DNA of 64,000 nt from a virus (lineage: Duplodnaviria > Caudoviricetes): IMG/VR virus record IMGVR_UViG_3300016467_000657, positions 5,901 to 69,900 of that record, one strand, 5' to 3'. The notes below the pieces were generated by a model. That model did not search any database. It had not been told where the DNA came from and saw nothing but the letters and a program-made list of their open reading frames with translations. This document shows, piece after piece, positions 56,120 to 64,000 of this stretch. Every line of letters starts with the position of its first letter. The first letter of the stretch is position 1. The translations under genes and the position numbers were made by a program.

Positions 56120-56713
56120 TTATGTACCCCCACCAATCTTTGGTAAAGATATATTAGGGGCTGTTGGTAATTTTGGTGTCAAAGAGTTAGTAGATGGTAG
56201 TTTATTTGTCAGCGATCCTGCGTTCGGGAGCTTACTTGTTAAACTTGATGCATTTGGGAGTTTGCTGGTGAGTGAAGATGCGTTTGGAAGTTTATTGGTC
56301 AGCGACCCAACGCTTGGTATTTTTGAAGCTAACCCAGCGGCACCAGCCGCAGCAGCGCCAAGAGCACCAGCACCGGGAATTTTTGAAGTAAGAGATGCGA
56401 TATTTGGCATTCCTTTTGGAGCACTAACTAAACTTCCTAAGCTTCCAATTGTCTCTGATGAAAAATTTGGCTTTTTGACACCAGATAATATTCCATCAAG
56501 TCCTTTTGGCTTTGGAATGTTTACCTTTGGAACATCAACTTTTGGAAGTTCGACTTTTGGCAAATCAACTTTCGGTAAATTTGGCAAATTTGGTTTTGGA
56601 AGACTTGGTGCATTTATTTTTGGAATATCCACTTTTGGTACATTTGGGATAGATGGTACCGATGGAACAGACAAATTTGGCGCTGGTATTTTTGGTATAG
56701 AAAAATCTGGCAT
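56120..56713 (-). CDS. Low-complexity Pro/Lys repeat protein
   Basis: PKV(D/E/N)(L/I/V) pentapeptides, then SLT(S/N/P)KLP 10-aa repeats x5; fills the gap between the spike-like gene and 55653-56084. Confidence 0.7.
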   Translation of the reverse strand: MPDFSIPKIPAPNLSVPSVPSIPNVPKVDIPKINAPSLPKPNLPNLPKVDLPKVELPKVDVPKVNIPKPKGLDGILSGVKKPNFSSETIGSLGSLVSAPKGMPNIASLTSKIPGAGALGAAAAGAAGLASKIPSVGSLTNKLPNASSLTSKLPNASSLTSKLPNAGSLTNKLPSTNSLTPKLPTAPNISLPKIGGGT

Positions 56714-56716
56714 ATA

Positions 56717-58225
56717 TCAATCCTCCGATAATGTTCCACCATCATATCCGGGCGCACCCCCTCCACCAACCGTGAACACTCTTGTACTCATAAGGGTCGG
56801 TAAAGAATCACGAAGTTCAATCAATTGCTGCTTCATGGTTCTTAATTGAGATGCATAATCCTTCATCTTGCTTGACCAGCTTGACATTGGCGGCTTTTGC
56901 ATGTCCTTATGACTATCAATATCATGAACATGTTGCGCATGCCAATTTTCAGCCTGATCTATGAGCAAATCTGTCTGTGCAATGATCCAATTGCACAACT
57001 GATACATCCAAAACACACTGGTTCTACCCAATAATACTGGTTCATCCTCATCTCCATACGCTCCAAGATATATTTTTGGAGAATTTATGGTGGTTTGTGC
57101 ATTTGTTGTCATCACAATTTGCTTGTGTGCATCAACTGTAAATTCATCGTCGGTCACCATTGATAATCTTTTCTTGGAAAAGTGAAAAGTTTCATTAGCC
57201 TTTGATGAAAATATGAGTCTATCACTGTTTATTACGACCTGATCCCCATCCAATGTAGGATATTCAAAATCAGTTGATCCTTCGGGAGAATAATTTGGCT
57301 GTTCCTGCGGTATTCCCATTTGAAACATTATCTTTTTTGTTGCTTCAATGAAGTTCGATATGGTTTTACCACTTGTAAGATGTACTGAAGATCCATCAAG
57401 ATTTATATCTTCGGTTGTATATCCCTTGGCAGTTTTTCCTTGATCAGTTGTGACGGGCGCTTGCCGATTTCTTATGAGAATCATTGGGTTTCCGCCGCCA
57501 TCTTCATAATCATTCAACCCATTATCATTTTCTCTATTATCATCATATGCACCAAATCTTATAGTAGATCCAAATCTAGATTCCAAAATGGTATCGCCTT
57601 CATATCGTTTTAACATTCTGATCTTTGGATTAAACTTGAAGTAATACCCAAGTATACCAGTATAATTTGGTCCACCGGCATAATTCAACTTGGATTTTGG
57701 TCCTTCATATGGCTTTTCAGTATACTCATTTATGTTCTCGTCAACTTTTCCAACAACTCTTTCTGTTATGAAAGATGCATTTGAATTTATGATAGAATTA
57801 AAATTCAATTTTCTGCTGTAATAAAACTTACCCAAATATATGCCAACAATGACCGTTTCATTCATTAATGGCCATTCTGTTATTCCGGTGCATTCTATTG
57901 GGTATGCCCAATTAAGTTGTTCTTTTTTCTTGTTTCTTTCTGAATTTAAGAATCTGAATTTTATGCACCCGATTCTGCCATAATCTTCAGTTCCTTCTTC
58001 AACTTCGCTACCATCCATGTTTGGAGGCATTGCACCTGCCATAACGGCATTATTTTTTACCAATGGATGATTTTCATCTAGCACAACATCCAACACCACC
58101 GCCTCCTCCAGTTCATAAAAGAATGCACTGTCTGGCTTTCTTTCCAATACAAAACGTTTCGACGCAAGCAAGTCGTCTTGTTTTACATTCAGATCACTGC
58201 GACGTTCTGCATTTACATATGCCAT
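56717..58225 (-). CDS. Baseplate central spike/hub-like protein (gp5/GpV-like)
   Basis: WAYP..P...E.V N-terminal OB-like region; EGDTILESRFGSTIRFG; GDQVVINSDRLIFSSK; near gp25. Confidence 0.65.
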   Translation of the reverse strand: MAYVNAERRSDLNVKQDDLLASKRFVLERKPDSAFFYELEEAVVLDVVLDENHPLVKNNAVMAGAMPPNMDGSEVEEGTEDYGRIGCIKFRFLNSERNKKKEQLNWAYPIECTGITEWPLMNETVIVGIYLGKFYYSRKLNFNSIINSNASFITERVVGKVDENINEYTEKPYEGPKSKLNYAGGPNYTGILGYYFKFNPKIRMLKRYEGDTILESRFGSTIRFGAYDDNRENDNGLNDYEDGGGNPMILIRNRQAPVTTDQGKTAKGYTTEDINLDGSSVHLTSGKTISNFIEATKKIMFQMGIPQEQPNYSPEGSTDFEYPTLDGDQVVINSDRLIFSSKANETFHFSKKRLSMVTDDEFTVDAHKQIVMTTNAQTTINSPKIYLGAYGDEDEPVLLGRTSVFWMYQLCNWIIAQTDLLIDQAENWHAQHVHDIDSHKDMQKPPMSSWSSKMKDYASQLRTMKQQLIELRDSLPTLMSTRVFTVGGGGAPGYDGGTLSED

Positions 58226-58605
58226 TATGATCTTTCGTCGGTTGGTTGTTTAATTTTTTGAACAGGCTTTGCTGCCTCTTCTATAACACTCATAAGCTGC
58301 TTCTTTTCATCGTCGGTCAATATTCCACCATTTGAATCTGCTTCCGCACCTGCTCTATCTGCCATCAGTCTTTGGACGATTGCTGCCAATTTAATCAATT
58401 GCTCATCATTTCTTATGCCCGCGTCAAAATATTCTTTGAGCAATGGGACTATTGTGACAGCATCGTTCACAGTCTTGATCATATCTTTTAGATCCGTGAT
58501 CAATACATCCAATTGTTGCTTTTTTTCTTCTGAATTGCTTACAATATCCTTGCATAAAGAAGCAAAGCTTTTTCCCTTATACAATTCATACTCAGAAGTT
58601 TCCAT
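58225..58605 (-). CDS. Hypothetical helical protein
   Basis: 126 aa; late-type motif 4 nt upstream. Confidence 0.8.
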   Translation of the reverse strand: METSEYELYKGKSFASLCKDIVSNSEEKKQQLDVLITDLKDMIKTVNDAVTIVPLLKEYFDAGIRNDEQLIKLAAIVQRLMADRAGAEADSNGGILTDDEKKQLMSVIEEAAKPVQKIKQPTDERS

Positions 58606-58609
58606 ACAC

Positions 58610-58618
58610 TATAAATAG
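58610..58618 (-). promoter_or_regulatory. Putative late promoter CTATTTATA
   Basis: One mismatch, 4 nt before the ATG at 58605. Confidence 0.5.
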
Positions 58619-58634
58619 TCTGGATATATATGTT

Positions 58635-59525
58635 TTAGATGACAATGGTACCACGGTTCAAATATTCACTTTTTATATCTGATTGTGGCTTTGCCATGCG
58701 ATTTATTACTTTGGTAATATGCTGAGTTTGGCAATCTGCTATTTCACGTATATACAAATATAGTGCTTTTTTGTTGAATACATCAATACGATCTGAATTT
58801 CTAAAAATCTCAATCACGGCATTGGCGATTTTTAGATCACGTTCTTTGGTAAAATGCTTGCCTACATTTTTATCCCAATATTCAACCATGAGTCGTATAA
58901 ATTCACGAGTTTCACTTTCTTGTTTCTCGTGTTCTGGTTCAATAACAAACTCACCAGACTCCCCAACTTGTTCACATATTTCTACATGCTTTTTAAAACG
59001 ACGATATGTGGTGTTATTGTCTAATATAAACCAATGTTTTGCCACAATACTGAAATAGCTAAACGCCTTTCCTTTTCCTTTCTCATATTTGGCGATATTA
59101 GCCACCATATGAGATATAGCCTGCTTTTGAATTTCAAGTGGGCTTACATCCGCATAACTAAATTTGAACGTATTATAAACGTTCTCAGCGATCTTTGAAA
59201 ATGCGGCCTGAATCTTGTCGTTGTAAATGCGATCTTTTTCCCTTGGATTATCAGTTTCATTATATGCCACAATAGCATCCTCGGTATCTTTTGTGAAATA
59301 CACATTTGATGTTTTTTTAGGAGCACCATCGACCGTATTTTTGTTTTTTCTTCCCTTTGGCCTACCGCGCCGTCTTGTTAGAGGATCTTGTATTGTAGAA
59401 AATTCAGTGGGAAGTGTAGCTATTTTAATAACTTTTTTCTTCTGTATTTTTTTCGTCTTTTTAATCGACTTTGACTTTTTTGCCAACTTTTTTGCCGATT
59501 TAATATTTTTTTTACGTTTCTTCAT
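58635..59525 (-). CDS. Phage sigma factor (T4 gp55-like late sigma) with a Lys-rich/AT-hook N-terminus
   Basis: YFT..TEDAI..YN, IAEN..TFKF, K(Y)E..KGKAFSYFSIVA region-2-like motif; RRRGRPKG in the N-terminal extension. Confidence 0.65.
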   Translation of the reverse strand: MKKRKKNIKSAKKLAKKSKSIKKTKKIQKKKVIKIATLPTEFSTIQDPLTRRRGRPKGRKNKNTVDGAPKKTSNVYFTKDTEDAIVAYNETDNPREKDRIYNDKIQAAFSKIAENVYNTFKFSYADVSPLEIQKQAISHMVANIAKYEKGKGKAFSYFSIVAKHWFILDNNTTYRRFKKHVEICEQVGESGEFVIEPEHEKQESETREFIRLMVEYWDKNVGKHFTKERDLKIANAVIEIFRNSDRIDVFNKKALYLYIREIADCQTQHITKVINRMAKPQSDIKSEYLNRGTIVI

Positions 59526-59528
59526 GTT

Positions 59529-59783
59529 TTATTTTATACGTTCACTGAATTCTTTGGATATTCTTACTAGCTCTGTGAATACAAATCCAACGTCGTCGTC
59601 TTTTTCAAACAAATTCCTATCATCCACGGCTTTCATTCTATTATACACTTCGTCCACTTCACCTCGAAAGAATCCCAACCATTCTTCATAGGTTTCTATT
59701 TTCTTAATCATGTTGTAACATGCATAACCAAGCGCACATGTCGCGATGAAAAATATAACCAACAACGTCCATAGTATCCACAT
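59529..59783 (-). CDS. Small protein with an N-terminal transmembrane helix
   Basis: MWILWTLLVIFFIATCALGYAC followed by a charged tail. Confidence 0.7.
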   Translation of the reverse strand: MWILWTLLVIFFIATCALGYACYNMIKKIETYEEWLGFFRGEVDEVYNRMKAVDDRNLFEKDDDVGFVFTELVRISKEFSERIK

Positions 59784-59787
59784 AATT

Positions 59788-59955
59788 TTATTCCTCGTCT
59801 ATTTCTTCCTCACTATCTGTATCCTCTTCATTTTCGTATCCTAGTTCTTCGTTAATAATGGCCAACGCATCTTCAACGCTGGGCCAACTACGATATTCTA
59901 GGGCATATTCTAATAATTGCTTTACCTCTTCAAGATTATCAGTATTGATATTCAT
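59788..59955 (-). CDS. Small acidic hypothetical protein
   Basis: Start at 59955 (MNINTD) avoids overlap with def; alternative start at 59979. Confidence 0.6.
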   Translation of the reverse strand: MNINTDNLEEVKQLLEYALEYRSWPSVEDALAIINEELGYENEEDTDSEEEIDEE

Positions 59956-59963
59956 GTTTTGTT

Positions 59964-60578
59964 TTATAGTATTTTCCATCCATCACTCAAAAGCTCTTCG
60001 GCTTTCTTGTATTTTATATATTGTGTTTCTCCATTTTTTTCTACCATTACTTTATCGTTTCTTCCATATTTTACTTTTTTTTCAGATGGAGGATTATATC
60101 TCACACCTTCGTCGGTCATAAGAACACCGTTTAGATGATCTACTTCGTGTTGTACACATACGGCTTCTAATATTCCATAGTCACTTCTTACGGATTCTTG
60201 TGTAATTGGTTCAACTTCTGGTCCAAATGGAATTGGATTTGCGTGATTCAATGTTGAAACAGTAACTTTTGTAGAACGAACTGTATTTGTCAATTTGCCG
60301 GGCAAACTCAAACAGCCTTCTGTGAATACGAGTTTTTCTTTGCTATATTCCGTTATTGTTGGATTCATGAGAACCAATGGATCTTTGTCCTTCTTGACTC
60401 TTATGACGGAAACAGACTTTGGTATTCCAATTTGATTGGCGGATAAACCAAGTCCGTTTGATAGCTGATCCAGTGCTTCTATTAGTTGCTTGGCAATTGC
60501 TTCGCCTTCTTCAATTGATGCTACTGGTTCAGTCTTCTTATGTAGATAATCCTTGTTTTTGACAATTTTGTAACTCAT
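59964..60578 (-). CDS. def: Peptide deformylase with a C-terminal extension
   Basis: GLGLSANQIG, EGCLSLP, QHEVDHLNG. Confidence 0.92.
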   Translation of the reverse strand: MSYKIVKNKDYLHKKTEPVASIEEGEAIAKQLIEALDQLSNGLGLSANQIGIPKSVSVIRVKKDKDPLVLMNPTITEYSKEKLVFTEGCLSLPGKLTNTVRSTKVTVSTLNHANPIPFGPEVEPITQESVRSDYGILEAVCVQHEVDHLNGVLMTDEGVRYNPPSEKKVKYGRNDKVMVEKNGETQYIKYKKAEELLSDGWKIL

Positions 60579-60598
60579 ATATATGATTGAGACTTACA

Positions 60599-60626
60599 TA
60601 TATATGCATAAATTTATTTTTGTCAA
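60599..60626 (-). promoter_or_regulatory. Sigma70-like promoter TTGACA-N16-TATATA upstream of def
   Basis: Consensus -35 in the intergenic gap; same 16-nt spacing as the other two. Confidence 0.45.
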
Positions 60627-60641
60627 TGTATAATAAATAAT

Positions 60642-62183
60642 TTATTGTCTTGCGTGAATTTTTCCGTTGTATATTCCGTGCGGAACTACTGGTGGCGGCG
60701 GAGGCGTAGATTCAACAATTACATCTTCTACAACTTCAATCGGGACTTCGGTTGGTGTTGGGCTAGGTGTTGGCGTTGGGCTGGGTGTAGAGCTAGGTGT
60801 TGGTGTTGGCGTTGGTGTTGGCGTGTCTGTTGGTATTTGGGCAAATATTTTCGTAGAATCTGGTGTAACAATCGTTGGGCTACTTGTTGTTGCCGAAATT
60901 ACATCATGTGTTTTCTCAATATCATTATTTTTTTGTTTCTTATTCTTATCTTTTATCAAAGAATTAAATGCTAGTATCAAACATATAGCCAACGGGTCAA
61001 ATACCGCCATGATAGACCATATGAAATAATTTACAGCTTTTTCCAATGGTATTCCGAGACTGTTTGCGATAAATTTAAATGTGCCGACATCAGTACCAAC
61101 AATTTTTTCTTGCGTTTCTGTGTTTTGAATTCTGATAACTTTTATGTTTTCTTGGTACTCTGAAATTTTCTTCTTTCCTTTTTCTATGGACTCTTCCTTG
61201 GTTTTGTTCAGCGATGAAATCTTGTCGTCCATTTCTTTGTTGTATAATGCAACGGATGCTTCTATGTCAGATATTTCCTTCTCTATGTTCTTTATACTTG
61301 ATTCTATTTCTCCTCTTTGTGACTTGTTTCTATTTTCAATTGATGATACGCGGTCATTATATTCCTTTACTTGAGACGCATATTGTTCTCTCAATTTTGA
61401 TATTCTATCCTGAGAAGCTTTGATTTGGGCATCTATATCCGATCTTTCCTTTGCTTGTCCTTCCTTGACTACTCTTGCTTGATCCAATCCACTCTTCTTG
61501 AACAAGTTTCCCGTTCCTTGATCAATCCATTTTTGAACTTCCTTGTCCAATATTTCCAATCTTGAATTATATAGCTTTATTTGCTCAAGCTCTCTTGATA
61601 TGTCATTATCAGTTGATGATTTGGAAAGTTCCAATGCTTGTTTGGCGGCGGCTATATCAACAGATGCATCTTGATTTGTGTTTGATGCTTTTCTTATAGC
61701 TTCTATTCTTTGGTTTCTCTGTACTACAAGTTGTAATTTTTGTTCTATTGTTTTCTTCCTATTTTCTTCAGCCGCTTTTATTTCTTCCGCATTATAATCC
61801 GATTTCTTTATTAACTCTATTTCTTTTTCAAGGTCTGCTATTTTTGAATTGTTTGATTCTATTTGATGCTCATATCCTTTTACCGCAATGTTGGTTGAAG
61901 TGTATCCTGCGCTCAAATACCCATATATTCCTATTGAAGTTATGCCCATCAGAAATATTGTGGCAATGACCAGATATGTCTTTAGAAGAAATCCAATTTC
62001 ATCCCATTTTTGTTTTAAAAAAGTAGCGGTGATGAGTTTTCCAACTTCAAGCGCAGTTCCCATCACTATGATTGATATACCCCCACCAACAAACAACATC
62101 TTAAGACCAATAATGCTAAAATACGCCCCACACGCAGAGATAGCTATTGCGCTCAAAAGCACTAGAAATGCAAAAATATTCAT
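60642..62183 (-). CDS. Membrane-anchored long coiled-coil protein with a Pro/Thr tail
   Basis: About 3 N-terminal hydrophobic helices, ~280-aa coiled coil, one C-terminal TM segment, TPTPTPTP repeat. Confidence 0.8.
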   Translation of the reverse strand: MNIFAFLVLLSAIAISACGAYFSIIGLKMLFVGGGISIIVMGTALEVGKLITATFLKQKWDEIGFLLKTYLVIATIFLMGITSIGIYGYLSAGYTSTNIAVKGYEHQIESNNSKIADLEKEIELIKKSDYNAEEIKAAEENRKKTIEQKLQLVVQRNQRIEAIRKASNTNQDASVDIAAAKQALELSKSSTDNDISRELEQIKLYNSRLEILDKEVQKWIDQGTGNLFKKSGLDQARVVKEGQAKERSDIDAQIKASQDRISKLREQYASQVKEYNDRVSSIENRNKSQRGEIESSIKNIEKEISDIEASVALYNKEMDDKISSLNKTKEESIEKGKKKISEYQENIKVIRIQNTETQEKIVGTDVGTFKFIANSLGIPLEKAVNYFIWSIMAVFDPLAICLILAFNSLIKDKNKKQKNNDIEKTHDVISATTSSPTIVTPDSTKIFAQIPTDTPTPTPTPTPSSTPSPTPTPSPTPTEVPIEVVEDVIVESTPPPPPVVPHGIYNGKIHARQ

Positions 62184-62188
62184 TTTAA

Positions 62189-62197
62189 AATAAATAT
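62189..62197 (-). promoter_or_regulatory. Putative late promoter ATATTTATT
   Basis: One mismatch, 5 nt before the ATG at 62183, directly after the dnaK terminator. Confidence 0.5.
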
Positions 62198-62206
62198 CAT
62201 ATATAC

Positions 62207-62239
62207 AAAAAAACAGCCCCCGATTTCTCGGGGGCTGTT
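62207..62239 (-). terminator. Rho-independent terminator after dnaK
   Basis: Minus strand AACAGCCCCCGA-GAAA-TCGGGGGCTGTT followed by a T run. Confidence 0.9.
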
Positions 62240-62303
62240 AGGGATGACGGACTCATCATCCTCCACCAGTCAGTTTGTGGACCCACTGACAACCATAACC
62301 TTT

Positions 62304-64000
62304 TTAGCTTACTACTTCTGGTTCGATTGGATCTTCTGGAGTTCCTTTCCCACCATTGGACTTGTTCTTGTAAACAAGCTCTCCGAGTTTGCTAAGTTCA
62401 GAGATAGCATCTTTCATTTTTCCAACATCACCACTCTGTAACACTTCCTTGCCTTTGTCAATACCTTTTTGAATTTCGGTTTTGACAGAATCTTCAAAGT
62501 TACCATCCTTTAGTTGCTTTTCCCAACCATAGACAATGTTATCAAGAGAATTCTTGGTCTCAAGATTTTCCTTGAGTTCTTTGTCCTTATCAGCATTTGC
62601 TTCTGCTTCTTGCTTCATTCTTTCAACTTCTTCCTTTGAAAGACCAGATGAACCTTGAATGGTAATATCTTGAGCTTTACCCGTTCCAAGATCTTTTGCA
62701 GAAACATGAAGAATGCCGTTTACGTCAATGTCAAATGTCACTTCAATTTGCGGAGTACCTCTTGGTGCAGGCGGAATACCGTCCAGTTTGAAGTTGCCAA
62801 GACGCTTATTGTCCTTGCTCATTGGACGCTCACCCTGTAATACAACAATATCAACAGAAGGCTGATTATCGCTGTATGTGGAAAACACTTGTGACTTCTT
62901 AGCGGGAATGGTTGTGTTACGAGGAATCATTGCCGTTGCAACATTTCCCGCCGTTTCTATCGCAAGTGTGAGAGGAGTAACGTCAAGCAACAATACATCA
63001 TTGACTTCACCCTTTAACACACCACCTTGTACAGCGGCACCGACTGCCACAACTTCATCTGGATTTACACCTTGGTTTGGAACTTTGCCACCAAACTTCT
63101 TGGCATAATCCACAACCTTTGGCATTCTGGTCATACCACCAACAAGTACAAGCTCATTGAGTTCGCTATTTGATACACCGGCATCCTTCAAACAATTCTT
63201 ATATGGAGCATCCATTCTTTCAAACAACTTTTCGCAGATCTGTTCCATCTTTGAACGAGAAATTGTCATATTCAAATGTTTTGGACCAGATGCATCTGCT
63301 GTGATGAATGGAAGGTTTACATCATATGATGTTGCAGAAGATAAAGCAATCTTGGTTTTTTCGGCTTCTTCGCGCAGACGCTGCAATGCCATATTATCTT
63401 TAGACAAATCAATTCCATTTTCCTTTTTGAATTCAGCAGCCATGTAGTCCATGATTGCTCTATCCCAATCATCACCTCCAAGGTGGGTGTCGCCGTTCGT
63501 GGCTTTGACTTCAAATACTCCGTCCCCAATTTCGAGAACGGTAACGTCAAACGTACCACCGCCAAGGTCAAAGACGGCGATTTTCTCGTCCTTCTTTTTG
63601 TCTAGACCATAGGCTAAGGATGCTGCGGTGGGTTCATTAATGATACGTAGAACTTCCAAACCAGCAATAGTGCCAGCATCCTTGGTAGCTTGACGTTGAG
63701 AATCATTGAAATATGCGGGAACTGTGATAACCGCCTTTTTGACTGACTGTCCCAAGTAAGATTCGGCATCAGCTTTGATTTTACCAAGAACAAATGCGCC
63801 AATCTGTTGTGGAGAGTATTTTTTGGCTTCTCCGTTTTCTATTACTTCAATCCAAGCATCTCCATTTGGTCCTTCAACGACCTTGTATGGAAGATTCTTG
63901 ATTTCTTCCTGTACTTCGTTGAACTTGCGACCAATAAGTCTCTTGGCTGAAAAAATTGTATTTTTTGGATTGGTCACAGCTTGTCTTTTAGCAGCCTGAC
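62304..64000 (-). CDS. dnaK: Hsp70 chaperone DnaK (5' end beyond the window)
   Basis: [55 protein letters not shown]; the frame stays open to 64000 ([11 protein letters not shown]). Confidence 0.97.
   Translation of the reverse strand, partial: QAAKRQAVTNPKNTIFSAKRLIGRKFNEVQEEIKNLPYKVVEGPNGDAWIEVIENGEAKKYSPQQIGAFVLGKIKADAESYLGQSVKKAVITVPAYFNDSQRQATKDAGTIAGLEVLRIINEPTAASLAYGLDKKKDEKIAVFDLGGGTFDVTVLEIGDGVFEVKATNGDTHLGGDDWDRAIMDYMAAEFKKENGIDLSKDNMALQRLREEAEKTKIALSSATSYDVNLPFITADASGPKHLNMTISRSKMEQICEKLFERMDAPYKNCLKDAGVSNSELNELVLVGGMTRMPKVVDYAKKFGGKVPNQGVNPDEVVAVGAAVQGGVLKGEVNDVLLLDVTPLTLAIETAGNVATAMIPRNTTIPAKKSQVFSTYSDNQPSVDIVVLQGERPMSKDNKRLGNFKLDGIPPAPRGTPQIEVTFDIDVNGILHVSAKDLGTGKAQDITIQGSSGLSKEEVERMKQEAEANADKDKELKENLETKNSLDNIVYGWEKQLKDGNFEDSVKTEIQKGIDKGKEVLQSGDVGKMKDAISELSKLGELVYKNKSNGGKGTPEDPIEPEVVS

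Noticed and set aside
56262-56849. Plus-strand 195-aa Gly/Phe-rich ORF
   Set aside because: Antisense of the Pro/Lys repeat gene; it overlaps two minus-strand genes
62240-62300. Hammerhead ribozyme or tRNA after dnaK
   Set aside because: It lacks the CUGAUGA/GAAA core arrangement and a cloverleaf with a T-loop; kept only as a generic structured element
1-64000. Active stop-codon reassignment (code 15 or code 4)
   Set aside because: Conserved genes (MCP, portal, TerL, DnaK) are full length in code 11, and the TGA stops fall at natural gene ends

Overview
A 64-kb segment of a large, AT-rich, T4-superfamily (myovirus-like) dsDNA phage genome. I call 53 complete genes plus two edge-truncated ones, and all but one (a lysozyme, 9727-10401) lie on the minus strand. 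Recognisable content: neck and tail-completion genes (gp15/gp14/gp13-like) split by a cassette of beta-propeller genes and a Vsr-like nuclease; a head module (major capsid, scaffold, prohead protease, small head proteins, portal, large terminase); a 1300-aa four-domain enzyme (RNA-ligase-like + HIGH nucleotidyltransferase + two Pol-beta-type nucleotidyltransferases); a five-gene glycosyl/methyltransferase cluster including an Aah/TibC-type heptosyltransferase; a single-chain Mre11-Rad50 (SbcD-SbcC) fusion, primase and RuvC-like resolvase; a baseplate cluster; a gp55-like sigma factor with an AT-hook; peptide deformylase; and a partial DnaK. A recurrent sense-strand motif, ATATTTATA, precedes most virion genes, often only 4-6 nt before the ATG, while TTGAC(A/T)-N16-TA motifs precede non-structural genes. 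I found no tRNA, rRNA, CRISPR array, integrase or reverse transcriptase. The best candidate for an undescribed system is the 1300-aa ligase/nucleotidyltransferase protein, whose domain junctions carry the same [I/L]-x-E motif seen at the N-termini of many head-region proteins, suggesting a capsid-packaged polyprotein cut by the prohead protease. Family calls come from motif recognition by eye; no database searches were run.
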